64,000 bases of DNA from Camelus ferus (Eukaryota), in contig NC_045697.1 in assembly GCF_009834535.1 (NCBI RefSeq), positions 36,644,001 to 36,708,000 of the forward strand, in the 5' to 3' direction. The notes beneath the pieces are model-generated. The model did not search any database, was not told where the DNA came from, and saw nothing but the letters and a program-made list of their open reading frames with translations. Positions 1-13,661 of this stretch are shown piece after piece. The first letter of the stretch is position 1, and the number at the start of each line of letters is the position of its first letter. Both the position numbers and the translations under genes were made by a program.

Positions 1-720
1 TGGGCCAAAAATAAGGGCTGAAAATTTAGCTTAACTGTACTTCCGCCTGTGTGTTTTCTCATGGGGCAGGAGACATATTTAAAAGCATAGATTTGCTCTG
101 TACTTGGGGATACACCATGGAGCTAACACAAAGCAAAAATCCTTCAGGCTCCCTTGGCAAGGGAACTCTTAGAAAGCTTTGGACACTGGAGCCATGACAG
201 AGCTCCCTAGGAACATTCCAAAAGACAGGCTAGATTTCCCAGCGTTTGGTGGCCACCCCAGGAGTATGGCAGCATCTTCCTGTCCAAGGGGTGAATGAAT
301 AGATTTAGGAATTTCCTTCACTAGGGTGGGCTGTTCTCAGTATTAAGAAGTCAGCGGGTGTAACCATCAGCGTTTCCCCATTGGGCTAGTCCCGAAAAGG
401 GAAGAGATTTATCTACTTAAATCAAAGAGTTCAAGGGCCAGAGAAATTGCCTTTTAGTAACGGGAGTGGCTGTCACTGAGGAATGTGACAAAGAACCATT
501 AATTCTACTCTTTATTTTCTATCTAACCAGCTGAGAAAAGATAGACTTATGGAAGGAAGAGAGTTTGAGTGACAGGCATTCTGTCCTTTCTTCTGACACT
601 CTGTGAACTGAGGTCAGCAGGGGCAAGAGGTCTGCATGTCTCTTTCTTGATGTCTCACATAACTACCTTCACTGAGTTTAGTTTAGAAGAACTATGCACT
701 CATCTATCTACGGACAGTAG

Positions 721-891
721 GGAAAAAGAAAGAAGAAAAGAAAAGGAAAAGAAAAGGAAAAGAAAAGAAAAGGAAAGGAAAGGAAAGGAAAGGAAAGGAA
801 AGGAAAGGAAAGGAAAGGAAAGGAAAGGAAAGGAAAGGAAAGGAAAGGAAAGGAAAAGAAAAGAAAAGAGAAAGAAAAAAAAGAAAGGAAA
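721..891. repeat. Polypurine (GAAAA)n/(GGAAA)n pentanucleotide microsatellite
   Basis: About 170 bp of uninterrupted A/G with a long perfect AGGAA run. It explains the low-complexity ORFs 569..946, 700..909 and 704..976. Confidence 0.97.
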
Positions 892-2626
892 CAGGCATTT
901 TGGCATCATTAGTGCTTATGTCAGTGTCCCAATAAATGTGTTTTGAATGAATGACTGAATCAGTGGGAAATACCAACTTTTGTGCATGTGTTAGTGAGGA
1001 TTTTAATCACTGTATCAGTCACATTTCCCTTTATAAAGCCTAACACGGTCAATTTCTACTCCAAGTTTAGATGAGGAAACCTTTCTACCTGTAAAGGAAT
1101 GGCTTGCTTTCTTCCTTTCTGAACGTGAGAATGATGTCATTGGGCATATCTCCCTTCTGCTCTGGTTGCTGGGAAGCTCAGAGTTAAAGCTGATGCCCAA
1201 CTCGACCAATGAAAAAGGCTCTTACGGAATCCGCACTTGAGTCTTAATTCCTCTGGTCTTATCATCCTAATCTTACTTATACTTCCCTTGTTTCTCATTT
1301 AAATTCTTGATGATATTTCCCATCATTTTATCGCAGTGTTCACAACCTCAGATGCCTCCAATTGCCAGACAGGTAGCAGTAAATAACTGAAGCAAGTGGG
1401 GTAATAGGGCTTGGTGCAGACTGTGGTTAACAGAGGTTAAAGTCTTCCCTGGTGATTCTACTCAAAAAGCATCATCCCCTGATCCCATAACCAATCTCTG
1501 TCCCCTAGACCTGCTTATTCATAGCCTTGATCATTTTCTGTAATTATCTTTTTTATCTGTTCACCAGCACCCAGAGCAGTGCCTGGCACAGAACTGTCCC
1601 CCAACCCACATCTGTGGAGTGAGTGAGTTAATGAATGAATGTGAAACCAGTGTGGCTAGATTTTCCTACATTTTAACAGAATTTGAAATTTGGATTTTAT
1701 ATGAAATCTCCTGACTTTTAGGTGTTGGTGGCAAATATGAAACATTAAAAACACCATGCTGGCCAGAAACGGGCAGTGTTAGTGTGTGACCTCTGTTCTA
1801 ATTTGTATTTTCTGGTTGTAGCCACAATGAAGAATGTTCCTCTGTGGAATGAAGTAGAATACAAATAAATAAAAACCCATGAGTGTTTTTATGGTTTATA
1901 ACGCATCATGGTCCTCTAGTATTTCATTATTGTTCTAATTTTACATGTAAGGAAATTGAGGCCCCCGAGGAGATGACATGAACCTGTGAGCTTAGAGGAG
2001 GAGGAAGCTATGAAAGGCAGGGCCACCCCGCGGGCGGTCAGAGCTGGCCTCCTGGTCAGATATTCAGGAAAGAGGGAGGAAAAGCCCTTCTTGCTCCAGT
2101 TCCTCTTTTCTTCCTGTCCCAGAACCAGAAGTTAGGAGGATGCTTCTAACAGCAGAGTTCAGAGTCAACCTTGTGCTGGGTCTGTTTCCCCACCTTTCAG
2201 TGCAGAAGGGACCATCAGTGTCCTTCTCATATGCCTTGGCTCACCTGCCACTAGTCAAGAACTACATGCTTAAAATAGTTCAAGAGCACGCATGTGCACA
2301 CATGTGCACACACACACAACTGAATAATCAAACATATCTCACAATGTCTCTTTCATTTCTGGATCTTCCATACCATATTGATCTCATTTGTTTTAGGAGA
2401 CAATCTCCTGATATCATTGGTAGAGTTGTAAGTTCTTTGTGATTTAGCAGAGAATGTCTCATCCAAGTTTTTGAGAGCGTACCCAAGTTCTGACCAAGAT
2501 TTATTTTATGTATTTATTTTCCCAGAGAAGAGCTTTGCATTAAAATTTTAGTATTGAAATTTAGTTCTCTAATATTTCTAGGAAACTCTGAGATATGGAA
2601 AATTTCTCTATTAACTATAGGATTTT

Positions 2627-3660
2627 CTACTTGCAAATGATGTGACTGACAAAGGTTTAATTTCCAGAAAATATAAACAGTTCATACAACTTAAATAACA
2701 AACAAACAAACAACCCAATCCAAAAATGGGCAGAACATCTAAACAAGCAATTCTCCAATGAAGACATATAAATGACCAATAGGCACATGAAAAAATGCTC
2801 AATATCACTAATTATCAGAACTACAATAAGGTATCACCTCACACCAGTCAGAATGGCCATCTTTCAAAAGTATACAAATAATAAATGCTGGAGAGGGTGT
2901 GAATTAAAGGGAACCCTCTTACACTATTGGTGGGAATGCAGTTTGGTGCAGCCGTTACGGAACACAGTATGGAGATTCCTCAAAAAACTAATAATAGACT
3001 CACCACATGATCCATCAATCCCACTCCTGAGCATATATCTCAAAGGATGTCTAGTTTGAAAAGTTACATGCACCCCAATGTTCACAACAGCACTATTTAC
3101 AATAGCCAAGACATGGAAACACCCTAAATGTCCACCGACAGATGACTGGATAAAGAAGCTGTGGTATATTTATACAACAGAATACTACTCAGCCATAAAA
3201 AAGAATACAATAATGCCATTTGCAGCAACATGGATGGACCTGGAGATCATCATTCTAAGTGAGGTAAGCCAGAAAGAAAAAGAAAATACCATATGATATC
3301 ACTCATATGTGAAATCTAAAAAGAGAGAAAAGAAGACACTAATGAACTTACCTACAAAACAGAAACAGACTCAGAGACACAGTAAACAATCTTATGGTTA
3401 CCAGTGGGTGGCAGGGTGGAAAGGGGTGGGACGGGATAAATTGAGAGTTTGAGATTTGCAAATATTGACTAGTATATATATAAAATAGATAAACAAATTT
3501 CTTCTGTATAGCACAGGGAAAAATATCAATATCTTGTAGTAACCTATAATGAAAAAGAATATGAAAACAAATACATGTATATACATGTATGACTGAAATA
3601 CTACACTGTACATCAGAAATAATTGATGTATTATAAACTGACTCTACTTCAATTTTTTAA
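2627..3660 (+). mobile_element. 5'-truncated LINE-1 (decayed ORF2 C-terminus plus 3' UTR)
   Basis: ORF2 motifs [24 protein letters not shown] and [14 protein letters not shown]. Flanked by the TSD aactataggatttt (2613-2626) / aactataagatttt (3661-3674). Confidence 0.95.
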
Positions 3661-3837
3661 AACTATAAGATTTTTTTTCCTTCTACAATTCTCCTAACCA
3701 TTTGTCCCAGAATCACTTTGTTAAGGAAAAGCAGTCAGGCTTTATTGGCATTTCTTGGTTGTTATTCTTAATTGTGGTAAAATATGCATAATATGAAATT
3801 TACCATTTTAACCATTTCTACCATTTCTAAGGGTACA

Positions 3838-4362
3838 TACAGCATCATTTCTGTGATATTCTTGCCAAAGTTGTAGAATTTGAATCTAAGGGTGAGAACA
3901 CTGACAAACCCAAAGTGAGGAACATTCTACAGAATAATTAGCCTGTATTTTTTGAGTGTCAAGGTCGTGAAACTGAAGGAAATACCAAGGAAGAGTTCCA
4001 TATTGGAGCAGACTAAGGAGAGGTGCTGACTAAGTGCAACTCTTGATTCTAGAATACTCTTTCACTAGAAAGGCTATTATTGGGATGATGGACAAAAACT
4101 AGAATTGGCCTGAGGATGCAATGGGAACTGATGAAAATGTACTGGGGTCTGAGGATTGGATAATAGTCATGAATCAATGTTAATTTCCTGATTTTCTGGT
4201 TGTATAGGAGAATGTCCTTGCTCATGAGAAATGTACACTAAAGTATTTGGGGGAAGATGAGGCATCATCCTGGGAGCTTATTCTCAAAGAGTTCAGGGAA
4301 AATATAGTACAAAATTATTTGGACTGTACATGCAACTTCTCTGTAAGTTTGAGGTTTTTCAA
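3838..4362 (+). mobile_element. Old L1 (L1MC/ME-like) 3' UTR fragment
   Basis: Resembles old L1M 3' UTR text (agcatcatttctgtgatattcttgccaaa ... gcaacttctctgtaagtttgagg). Subfamily uncertain. Confidence 0.6.
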
Positions 4363-4390
4363 AGTAGTATATATATCTTCATTTATTCTA

Positions 4391-4391
<1 letters not shown>

Positions 4392-4447
<56 letters not shown>
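4392..4447. repeat. (TATC)n microsatellite
   Basis: Direct tandem TATC run. Confidence 0.95.
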
Positions 4448-5012
4448 CCACATGTAATGAGTATGTTAGATTAGAATGATAATGTTTTCCAGATTTGCAG
4501 GGCACAGGTACCCAGAGACAGCTCCACAGAGCATGAAGCAGCTGCCCCAGGAGCAGAACCAGGGTCTATCTGCTGCATGTTGGTTCTCGGCTGAGGTGGA
4601 AGAGATGGGCATTCTCACTCTACTCCACAATAACTAGACAGAGAGAACGCAGTATCTGTAGCGCTGATGGTGCCAGCTACTTGACTTATCTGATGCTGGG
4701 TTCATCTGCCAGAACCAAGACAGTAGAAACATGGAGGGCCCCTTTGTCCTCTGGGGAAATCTGTGGCATAATGGAGGCCAGTTCTTCTGTGACTATGTGG
4801 AATGTGGATTCTTCAGGGAACCCCATGTTCATCTGAGGCTTGGCCTGAAGTGCTAACAAGAACCACCACTGCCTGTTAGGCACCTTCTAAGGGCCAGAAA
4901 CTGGCCTAGGTGTTTCATTTGTTCTTTTTATAGTTACTACAATGGTTCTCCTTGTTAAGTATTGCCTCCATTTTATAGATGAGGAAATAAGGCTTCAAGA
5001 AGCAGGCTCATT

Positions 5013-5385
5013 ATTACAGGGTGAATGGTATTCCCCTTAATTTGTATGCTGAAGCCCTGTATCTCAGAAGGTGGCTGGATTTGGAGATAGGGCCCTTAAA
5101 GAGGTGATGAAGTTCAAAAGAGGTCCTTAGGGTGGAGCCTAATCCAATCAAACTGGTGTCCCTATAAGAAGAAATTTGGACATGCAGGGAGACACCAGAG
5201 GTACAGGCACACAGTGAGACAGCCATGGGAACACACAGCAAGAAGGAGACCAACTGCAAGCCAAGGAGAGCGGCCTAGCCCTGACCTTGGACTTCCAGCC
5301 TCCCTAACTACAAGAAAACAAGTTTTTGTCATTTAAGCCATGCACGCTGTGATGTTTTGTTATGGCAGCCTGAGCAGACTAACAC
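5013..5385 (+). mobile_element. MaLR solo LTR (MLT1A/B/C-like)
   Basis: Typical MLT1 text: tatgctgaagccct, ggagatagggcc, gacttccagcctcc, ttgttatggcagcctgagcagactaacaca. Confidence 0.85.
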
Positions 5386-5699
5386 AGTTATGCTGTGCAT
5401 CTAGGGGAGATGAAGTGTGTACTCAAAATTAAATCTGTGGAGCTTTGTTCTCTGCCACCTCCCTATACACAGGGCCTCTACTGTGAAACTTCTCCCCGTC
5501 TCCCCCAACAGGCTGCCCAGAATGACCCATCCAGAATCTCCCAGATTTAGCAGATCCCCCTCTGCGATTCCACAACACTTACCACACTGCGTACAGTTAG
5601 TTGCACACAACAAACCACAAGATGTGATCAGAAAGAGAGGCTCCTCTTATCTGTATTCTCAGCATCTCCCATGGAGCCAGGCACAAGATGATTAAATAG

Positions 5700-5930
5700 T
5701 ATTTACTGAGCACTTAGATGAAGGCAAAGACTGCACGTGTATTATCTCATTTAAACCATAAGACGACTCCAGGAGGGAGGCGTCACCTTTTTCCCATTTT
5801 ATGTGTCAGAAAACTGAGGTCACAGGGATGAACTGAGTGACCCTGGGACACAGAGCTATTGGGTGTTAGAACCAGGACTCACATCCAGATAATCCAGTTC
5901 CCCAGCCTGTGCTTCACCCCCTGCTCTGCT
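5700..5930 (-). mobile_element. MIR SINE
   Basis: Reverse MIR core (cccattttat...agaaaactgaggtcacag). Confidence 0.7.
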
Positions 5931-7854
5931 ACTGTAGTTTTACTGTAAGCGTGCACTCCTTCCCTGCCTGGGGGAACGTGCGGCTCTGAAACCTCTCCCT
6001 CAAGCCAGTCCCCACTCCGAGCTAAGCCCAAGTGTGACGCCCTGTTCCTGTGGAGAGCCTTCCCACGTAGAACCTCCTCCCCCAGCCCCCTCTCTGGATG
6101 CCTTCAGCACTGCCCGGCAGACGGTCTGCACCACGCCCTGACCTGTGACCCGGAGGCAGGCACCGGGGCCATTGCTTATCAACATTTGTTGAACCAGATT
6201 CGATGCTCAGGGATGGACATAAACAGGGGTCAGCAACACAGTGGTGTGTTGTATAGGGCGCTGTGGCTACTTCCCAATCATCCAGGAGCGTTCCAAGGGC
6301 TGAGCTTCCTTCCTCTCATCAGATCTTTTGCCAGGATACGCAGGCTGGGTTTTGGTTTAGAAAGTGGAGTCACCACTCTACTGAAAAGAGACAGGAGTGA
6401 AGACAAGATTGCTGTCTGTCACTCAACTACCTACACGCTGCTGGGCAAGTCCCAATTTCTCTGGACCAAAGTCTCTCCGTGGGTAAAACTGCACTGGTGA
6501 TCCCTATTTCTACAGTAGAAATGAAACAAAATACGTGACTGTGTTTTCAATATTGATGAAGAATAACGTTATAGGAACCTAGTCACCATTGACCAAGTGA
6601 TCTTACATTTTAAGCGACCTGTTTGGCCAGTAAAAAGTTAAATAAAAAAGCAGTTTTTCTTTTTGAAATTTAACGAGAAAGGTATGCATGAAAACCGGCG
6701 CAGAAAAAAATCAGGCAGAAAGAGAACAAATGTCCTGAGGCCTTTCTAGAGTGTTTTGAAAGAGACAGAACATGATATTTCTATCTTGTCAGTTCCCAAC
6801 AATCTGGTGTGTGTGTGGGGGGTGGGCAGGGGTGGGGTGGAGGCTGGGCTCGGGAAGTCAGGGGTAAAGTTTTCCTCAATTGCCTGAGCTGTGACCAGCT
6901 GGGGGAAGCAGGCCTCTTACCTTTGCTGGATTGTGGATCAGTTCCCAGCCAGAGGAGGCCTCCAGGTAAAGTCCATTTGGGAGCTGAGTTTTTCTGACTC
7001 AGCAGTGGCCCAGGAAAATTTTCCTTCTCTTCCCTGTGCGCTGTCTTCCAGACATGCATGAGAACCACTCCGCCTTGGAGTTCACCAGCTCATCCCCTGC
7101 CCCTTCTGCAGGCCTCTGCACAGAGCTGACCTGTACATCTGAGAGCAGTCCCTGGGGACTCCCGGGGAGCGTGGTCCCCACAGAGCAGCCACCCAGGGGC
7201 ATCGGCAACAACTCTGTTATGGTTTGGATGGGGCTGAGGCTCCCTCCAACTTCCCTCTGCTCTTGCCAAAGCCAGGACCCTTTTGTTCACCTTTGAGGCT
7301 GCCAAGTCAGGCCCACCGCACCCCTGGCTGTTGTTTTCCTGCAGGCAGTGGGAAAATGAGCTTGGAGCCGGGGAAAGGAAATCAACAAGGAAATAAACAC
7401 AGGGTCATTGGCCCTCCAGGTCATCACCAGGCTGGGACATCATCACGCTGGGGGCCACTTCCCAAAGAGGCAGGAGCTGGCCGCTGCCTGGACAGGCCTC
7501 AGAATCCTGGGCATCTTTTAATTTTTAAACGTGCAAAGAAGCGTGCATCTCTATCAGAGGCATGAAATCTGTATCAGACAAGTCAAGCAATCCTGACTCG
7601 TTCCAATGTCTTGCCAAATCTTTCAAAGATTTTTCCATAGACAGCATCTCTCATAAGCAAACACTGGCAAAGCTTTGTAGACAAAGAAAAAGAATGAGCA
7701 AGTTTATGATTGACTTCTAGGTAAGACCCTTAAAGATCTAGATGAGACTTTTAAAGATATCCTCTAAAGATACAGGGTTATCGTTTAAATTAGGATTCCT
7801 TCCACTTCCTCTTCAGAGTCACGGCCACATCAGCAGCATGATCCTTGTCAGCAC

Positions 7855-8012
7855 TTGCTGAGAGCTTACTGTCTGCCAGATCCTGTGCCAGTGACCTCAC
7901 CTGCATTATTTCATTTGATTCTCAACATAATCCTATAAATAGCTCCATTTTATAGATGAAGAAACTGAGGATCTGACAGACTAAGTCACTCCTGCAAAGA
8001 GAACCAGCTAGT
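7855..8012 (-). mobile_element. MIR SINE
   Basis: Reverse MIR core (ctccattttatagatgaagaaactgagg). Confidence 0.75.
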
Positions 8013-10059
8013 TAAAAATGCAGAAATTGCCTTTCTGGAAGTGTAGTCTTCTGAGTCTTGTTTTCCCCACCCGTCTGCTTAAGCATTTCTGTAGACTGAC
8101 AGCTCTGGCGATGGCCAAAAAGCTTGCTTAAACAAAACTCTTAGTTCTGGGAATAGAATTCTTAACAGAAACATGGATCATCGGCTAGTTCAGCGGCCTC
8201 TCGCCAGAGCTGTGAATTGGTGCTGCCTTTATGTGACTGGTCCATAGACCACACAGAGCCCGTGCCCTCTCTTCTCTCTCATCCCGGGGTGCTGCTGGCT
8301 GCTGGCACGTGGCTCTCCACCGTGATTCTGATTTGCCAACAAGGAACTGCCCTGTAAATCTCTCAGCCTCTGTGTGTGCTTCTGTCATGGCCTGATCACA
8401 AGGTTGTCTTTTTGACTTTAGAAGCCTAATAGTTATGAGCTTCTTTTAGTCAATAATCCCTGGGATGGATGAAGTCCCAGCCCGGAAACTTCTGCATGAT
8501 GAGAAGAAATTGGCAGGTGTGTTTTCAGTCCTCAAGTCCTACTGCAACTTTTTTTTTTTTTTTTTTTGGCCTCATCTTTACTTCCAATTGTTAGCATGTA
8601 GCTCTCGTGTGTGGTTACCCAGGGCAGCTGGCCGCTGGTCAAAGGAAAGTAAAACCTTTCATTAGGAGACAAGGAGATGCCTCCCAGCGAGGTCCAAGTC
8701 ATCCGTTTTTGTAAATACAGGAGTTGTGACATCAGGGCAATTGCTTGCACGTGGAACACTTGTATTTGGTTTGGTGGCGCTTGGGGGTACTTTGCTCTGG
8801 GGCCACGTTAAGCCTTTAAACTTGAGGTTGGTCAGCTTTTGGTTCTCAACAGAGACTGCAGGCTTATTGATCAGACTCACAGCAATAAAAAAAGAAGATG
8901 GGAGACAGGCTGGGCATGGAGTTTAGATGTCATTTCATGTTTCTTTCCCAGTGGTTTACAGCTAAACACAGTGCCCAGATATGTTTATAGGCTCTGGTCT
9001 TGGAGTTCTTTGATGAGGAAATGCAGTTCATAACCATCAAATGGGCCTTTCAACCTTATCGTATGAAACGAAAAACCAAAATGTTGGAAAGGAGCTGGGG
9101 TAATGAAGGCTTTCATGTTCCTCATCTGCCTCACAGCTTTACACAACCAGGGAATACAGACAGCAGATTTGGGGACTGTCAGAAGCTTCGGGGGTTTCCA
9201 TTCAGAAAGGTCAGTGAGGTAGACGGATTTCATTTCTCCTTCCTCTCCTTTGAACATCTGGATCAGTACTGATTGAATTGGTTCCAAGAGTTAAGTCCAT
9301 TCTGGGATTGACAATAAACACACAAACCTCCCAAGAAAATCTTTTGCATGGTCATGTAACCAAGGCAGCTGACTGTTTAAAACTGGAAACAGAGAAGTCA
9401 TGGATGAAAAACAGGACATATTAATTTAGCTTTACAAATGTACCCTTTCCAAAGCCAGAATTACTCACTCCCTGGCAGCTTCCGGTGTGGGGACCTGGGT
9501 CTGCTCAAGCTCCATGGCTTCAGAGCGTCCACTCCATTTGGTGTGGGATCTTCCAGATGAGTGACAGGCTCCAACTCAGCAGAAACGTCCAGAGGCAATT
9601 AAAATCCTCATGGCGTTTCATCATTATGGGAAAGCAAACGTAACTTTGCCACACAAGGAAAAATGGCCCATTTTTAGAGTGTCCCAGAAAAGTAATATGC
9701 CCAGTTATATGCAGAGAAAATGTCCTTGTTTTTGGTGCATTTTGAGGGAGGGAATATTAAATCTGAGCTATGTAAAATGCTGGAGGAGCTATTTTAGTCT
9801 TCTGCGATAAAGAAATCAGAACCTGAGCTAGCTTTGTCTCAAGCCCGTTTTTACCCTTACAAGATGCTCAGGATGAACATGGATTTATCAAAATAGGAGG
9901 TAGAAAATGGTTTCCTTAAACCGTTGTGGACTCATTGCTTTTCTTTTCCTCCTCTAAGCAAATAACTTGTTTGCCTGCCAATGGCTACAAGGCCGGCAGA
10001 TGGAGGCTCAGGCGCATTCAGGGTGGTGTGGCCATAGACCACCCGAGCCTACACACATG

Positions 10060-10985
10060 GGAGAGGCAACGAGGAGTCCAAAGCTCCACCTTGAGGCTTT
10101 AAATATCATCTCTGTGCCAACAGCTCCCATATTTATATCTCTGGCTCAGACCTCTCTTCTGAGTTTCTGACCGCATTCTCAGAGTCTCACAACCATCACA
10201 AACTCCACCATCCAAAGCCAATGCTTCATCTTTTCTCGCCCCTCCTGCTGTTTCCATCTCAGCAAACGGCCCTTTCATCCCTGAAAGTGCTCCAGCCTGG
10301 ATGGAGCCTTGTTCAGTCTCTCCCTTCAGTCCCACAACCAATGTATCAGTACATTCTGTCAATTCCACCTGCAAAATGATTATTAACCGCGCCCGCTGTC
10401 TTCCACTTCCACTACTGCAACTGCCGACCTTCCATCAGCCCTCACCTGGATGCCGCAGTAGTCTGCTAACTTGGTCATCTACCCAAATTCAGTCCCTCCA
10501 CCTGACCTACTGTCCACATTCCAGCCAGAGTAGACTTTTTAAAAAGTAATTCAGATTATGGCATTAGCCTATCTAAAAGCCTCAAACCTTTCCAGTGCAA
10601 TAAGGAAGAAATGACATATAAAATCCCTAACTTGGCCTGCTAGGCTTGGCATGATTTAATCCCCGCTTACTTCTCCAGCATTACCTCGGCGACACTAGCT
10701 TGCTGTCAGTTTCTTGAACACTCCAAACTTTTCTCCATCTCGCAGCTTTGCTCTTCCTGGACTGCCTTCTAATGACCTCCGCCCCACATCCTCACCTCCC
10801 CGGCCAAAAGCACACACTTGCTCTCTCTTCCTGTCTCTTTCTCATCTTTCAGGTCTCAGCTCAAATGTCATTTCCTAGAGACATATCCCCCCACACCCAT
10901 TTCCTTTGTTGTACTTGATGTGATTTGTTAGCATATTATTTATTTGCCTATTTGTTTAATATATAACTAAGCAGGAGCTGCCTGT
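10060..10985 (+). mobile_element. L2 LINE fragment
   Basis: Pyrimidine-rich L2-like text (ttccatctcagcaaacggc, tctttcaggtctcagctcaaatgtca). Confidence 0.7.
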
Positions 10986-11629
10986 TTTGTGTTTTACATG
11001 AATTTTTAAATATATGGTGACTCATGACCAGCCACACCCTCCCTGACCTCTCCTCTTAGATGGGTTCTGGTGAGCATGCGTTGATGGCAGTGCAAATGCC
11101 CTTGTGATAATTTATTCTCAGGGATTACATTTATTCGTGTTGAGGCAGAGCCAGGAAACACTGATTTTCCTGTCCCTATTTCAGAAGGAATTTCCGATTC
11201 ATTCCCCAGGAAGGAGCAATCTGGAACCACACTTCCAGCCACCTCCCCGGCTCCAGTCTTGCTCTCCCAAAAGGACCAGTAATGACCAGTCTGATCGGTG
11301 CGCAGGGAGAACAGGTCCTTCCCTGGGTATTGGGCTGCTGCACTGAAAAGCAAGGGCCTCTTTCCCTCTGCCTCTTGGACTTTGTCAGGCGAGACTTGGA
11401 TGAAGGGAGGCTGCCTGTGCAGCCTCTGTCTCCCGGTGAAAGGCAGGCCATGTGGGAAGCCAGGCAAGCCGATACAGGTCTCTGCTCTCCTGATTCCATT
11501 TACTCCCCTCTCACTGGTTGGAGGAGTCAGACTCTTGTGGGGATCACAGCCCAGAAAGGACGGCAGGAAGGCCTGCATCGTTCCCCATCCAGCTCCTCAG
11601 AAAGCAGACGCTATGTTAAGCGCCCCCTT

Positions 11630-11718
11630 GGAGAGGATAGCTCAGTGGTAGAGCACATGCTTAGCATGTGTGAGGTCCTGGGTTCAATCCCCAGTACCTC
11701 CTTTAAAAAAAAAAAAAA
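11630..11718 (+). mobile_element. tRNA-Ala(AGC)-derived SINE (Vic-1-like), short form
   Basis: tagctcagtggtagagc...cttagcat...gaggtcctgggttcaatccccagtacctcc followed by an A tail. Pol III A and B boxes are present; the acceptor stem is broken. Confidence 0.92.
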
Positions 11719-13612
11719 GATCCTTCTTGCTCTATCTATATTTCTGTCCCCAACCAGAAGGGGCGTTTCTTCCCTGCAACTTCATGAATTTGTGCTGAAT
11801 TTTAACTTGTCTCTTACATGAACAAGTTTTCTATACCTATGTATAAAATGCATGTGAAAATAAATCTTACACTGAAATTCCAAAGTGTGTCAGTCAGGTG
11901 TTTGCCTCATCTCCAAAACCAGTGTTAAAAATGAAGTCTTTCTACATCCTAGATTTTTCAACACAACCCAGGAAAACTTCCTTAAGAATTTTCTGCTAAG
12001 CGGCTTTGAGTCAACACAAACAAGTGCACACAGCCGGGCACCCTCTCTCCAGTCCAGTGATTCCTGCTCTACACCTTTGTCATCCATGTAACAACAGTTT
12101 TATAATGCTTCGCTCACAAATAAGTGTCATATCCTTGAAGGGAACAGGCCTAGAAGGATGTACAGGGCTTGCTCGAAACCACGTGAGTCTTGGAGATGGG
12201 CATACGAATCAGATATGCAGTTCTCAAACCTGCACACTAAAAATCCCAAATTACTTGGCAGTGGCTCCAGTTTCTCCTAACTGGCTCCTGAGAAAACTGC
12301 AGTCCCTGGGGAAAGACTGTCTTTTTCATATTTATACACATTAAGTGCCCCAGATTCCCATCTTCAAGGGAATTTTTGGGCAATGGTTGGGGAATAAGGG
12401 TAAATAAAAGGAGTCGTGACATCAGGAAAAATCCAACTTGATAGCAATGTCTCTAAGTTTTTAATCAGAGGAGGAAGAACATATAGATTTAAAGTCTTCC
12501 ACTAAGTCACAAACACTAGAAATTCCGAGCAACTTGCTTATGATCCCCAGGGGTTAGGAAGATGTCATCTTTATACATATATTTATTTTATGCTTTTCTT
12601 TTTTTTTAAGTTAGGGGTATTTCCCCTTGAGGTGAAACTACCTTTTTCAGGGCTCTGAGAAATTCCATGGATTAAATATTGTACATTCTGGGACAGTCAT
12701 AGAGAAGAGAACCAAACTGCAATCTATCAGGTAAAGGTGATCATCTCCTCTAGAATTTTGTTTACAGCCCTGAGGCTACTGTCAATACTTAATAAATATG
12801 AAATAAAAATAGTAATAATAGATGTTATGGATGAAAATAACAATGTCAGGGGTCTCAGGTTTCTTACAATCTGGAAAGAAATTCACAGAGTTATCTTAGA
12901 CTTTAGGAAAAAGAAAGATTCTATGACACCTCCATTTTCAGGGGACAAAAGGCTTTAGATTCCGTATTTTGAAAAGACTCGGTCATTTGCACTGATCAAT
13001 TAATTGGGTCGGTTGATTTTTAAAACCACATTGCAATGTAAAAAGCCGTTAGAAAACAGATAGGAGCACTGTGTTTTTAAATGTGGAGCCCTCGAAACTG
13101 GTTCAGACAGCTGGACCCCATTTTGTGTTTGCTTTTTCAAACAGATTCTTAGTGTTCTAAAGTAGATCCAGCTGTATGTACTAATTGCATTTCACTGACT
13201 AGGTTAGATGTCTTTTTGGGAAAATCTCATTTCAAAGGAAAACGGATGCTTAAATCTCATTGTAGTTGCCTTATTAGTGCAATCTCAATGCGATACTTGG
13301 TTGGAGAGCATTTGTCTTGGTCCAACAAGCCTGTGCTGATGCTCTGGGGCGTGTGGTACAGTTACTCGGACTGAAATATCCAGAGCAATCATGCCAGATG
13401 GCCTCCGAAGACTCGTGCGTGGAGTTGTACCTCCTTCCCAGCCAAGTTGCTCATATTCATGTGTACATACAAATGCTTTGAAACATCAAGAGAAATTATT
13501 TTTTTGTTTAAAAAATTATACAAGCAAAACATTCTTAATGAAAAAACTCAAACAAGTGTGAAAGGAAAAGGGTTTCCAGCAAAAAGTGTAAGTCTGCCTG
13601 CCTCTTAATGCC

Positions 13613-13661
13613 CAACAACAATAACAACAACAACAACAACAACACACACACACACACACAC
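13613..13661. repeat. (AAC)n-(CA)n compound microsatellite
   Basis: Direct tandem runs. Confidence 0.9.

Noticed and set aside
569..976. Lys/Arg/Glu-rich and Phe/Leu/Ser-rich ORFs
   Set aside because: They are translations of the (GGAAA)n microsatellite.
11630..11702. Functional tRNA-Ala(AGC) gene
   Set aside because: The acceptor stem has three mismatches, it is followed by an A tail, and five related copies show it is a SINE.
11006..11821. Overlapping 107-190 aa ORFs on both strands
   Set aside because: No recognisable domain. The GC-rich DNA is stop-poor, and one ORF runs through a SINE and its A tail.
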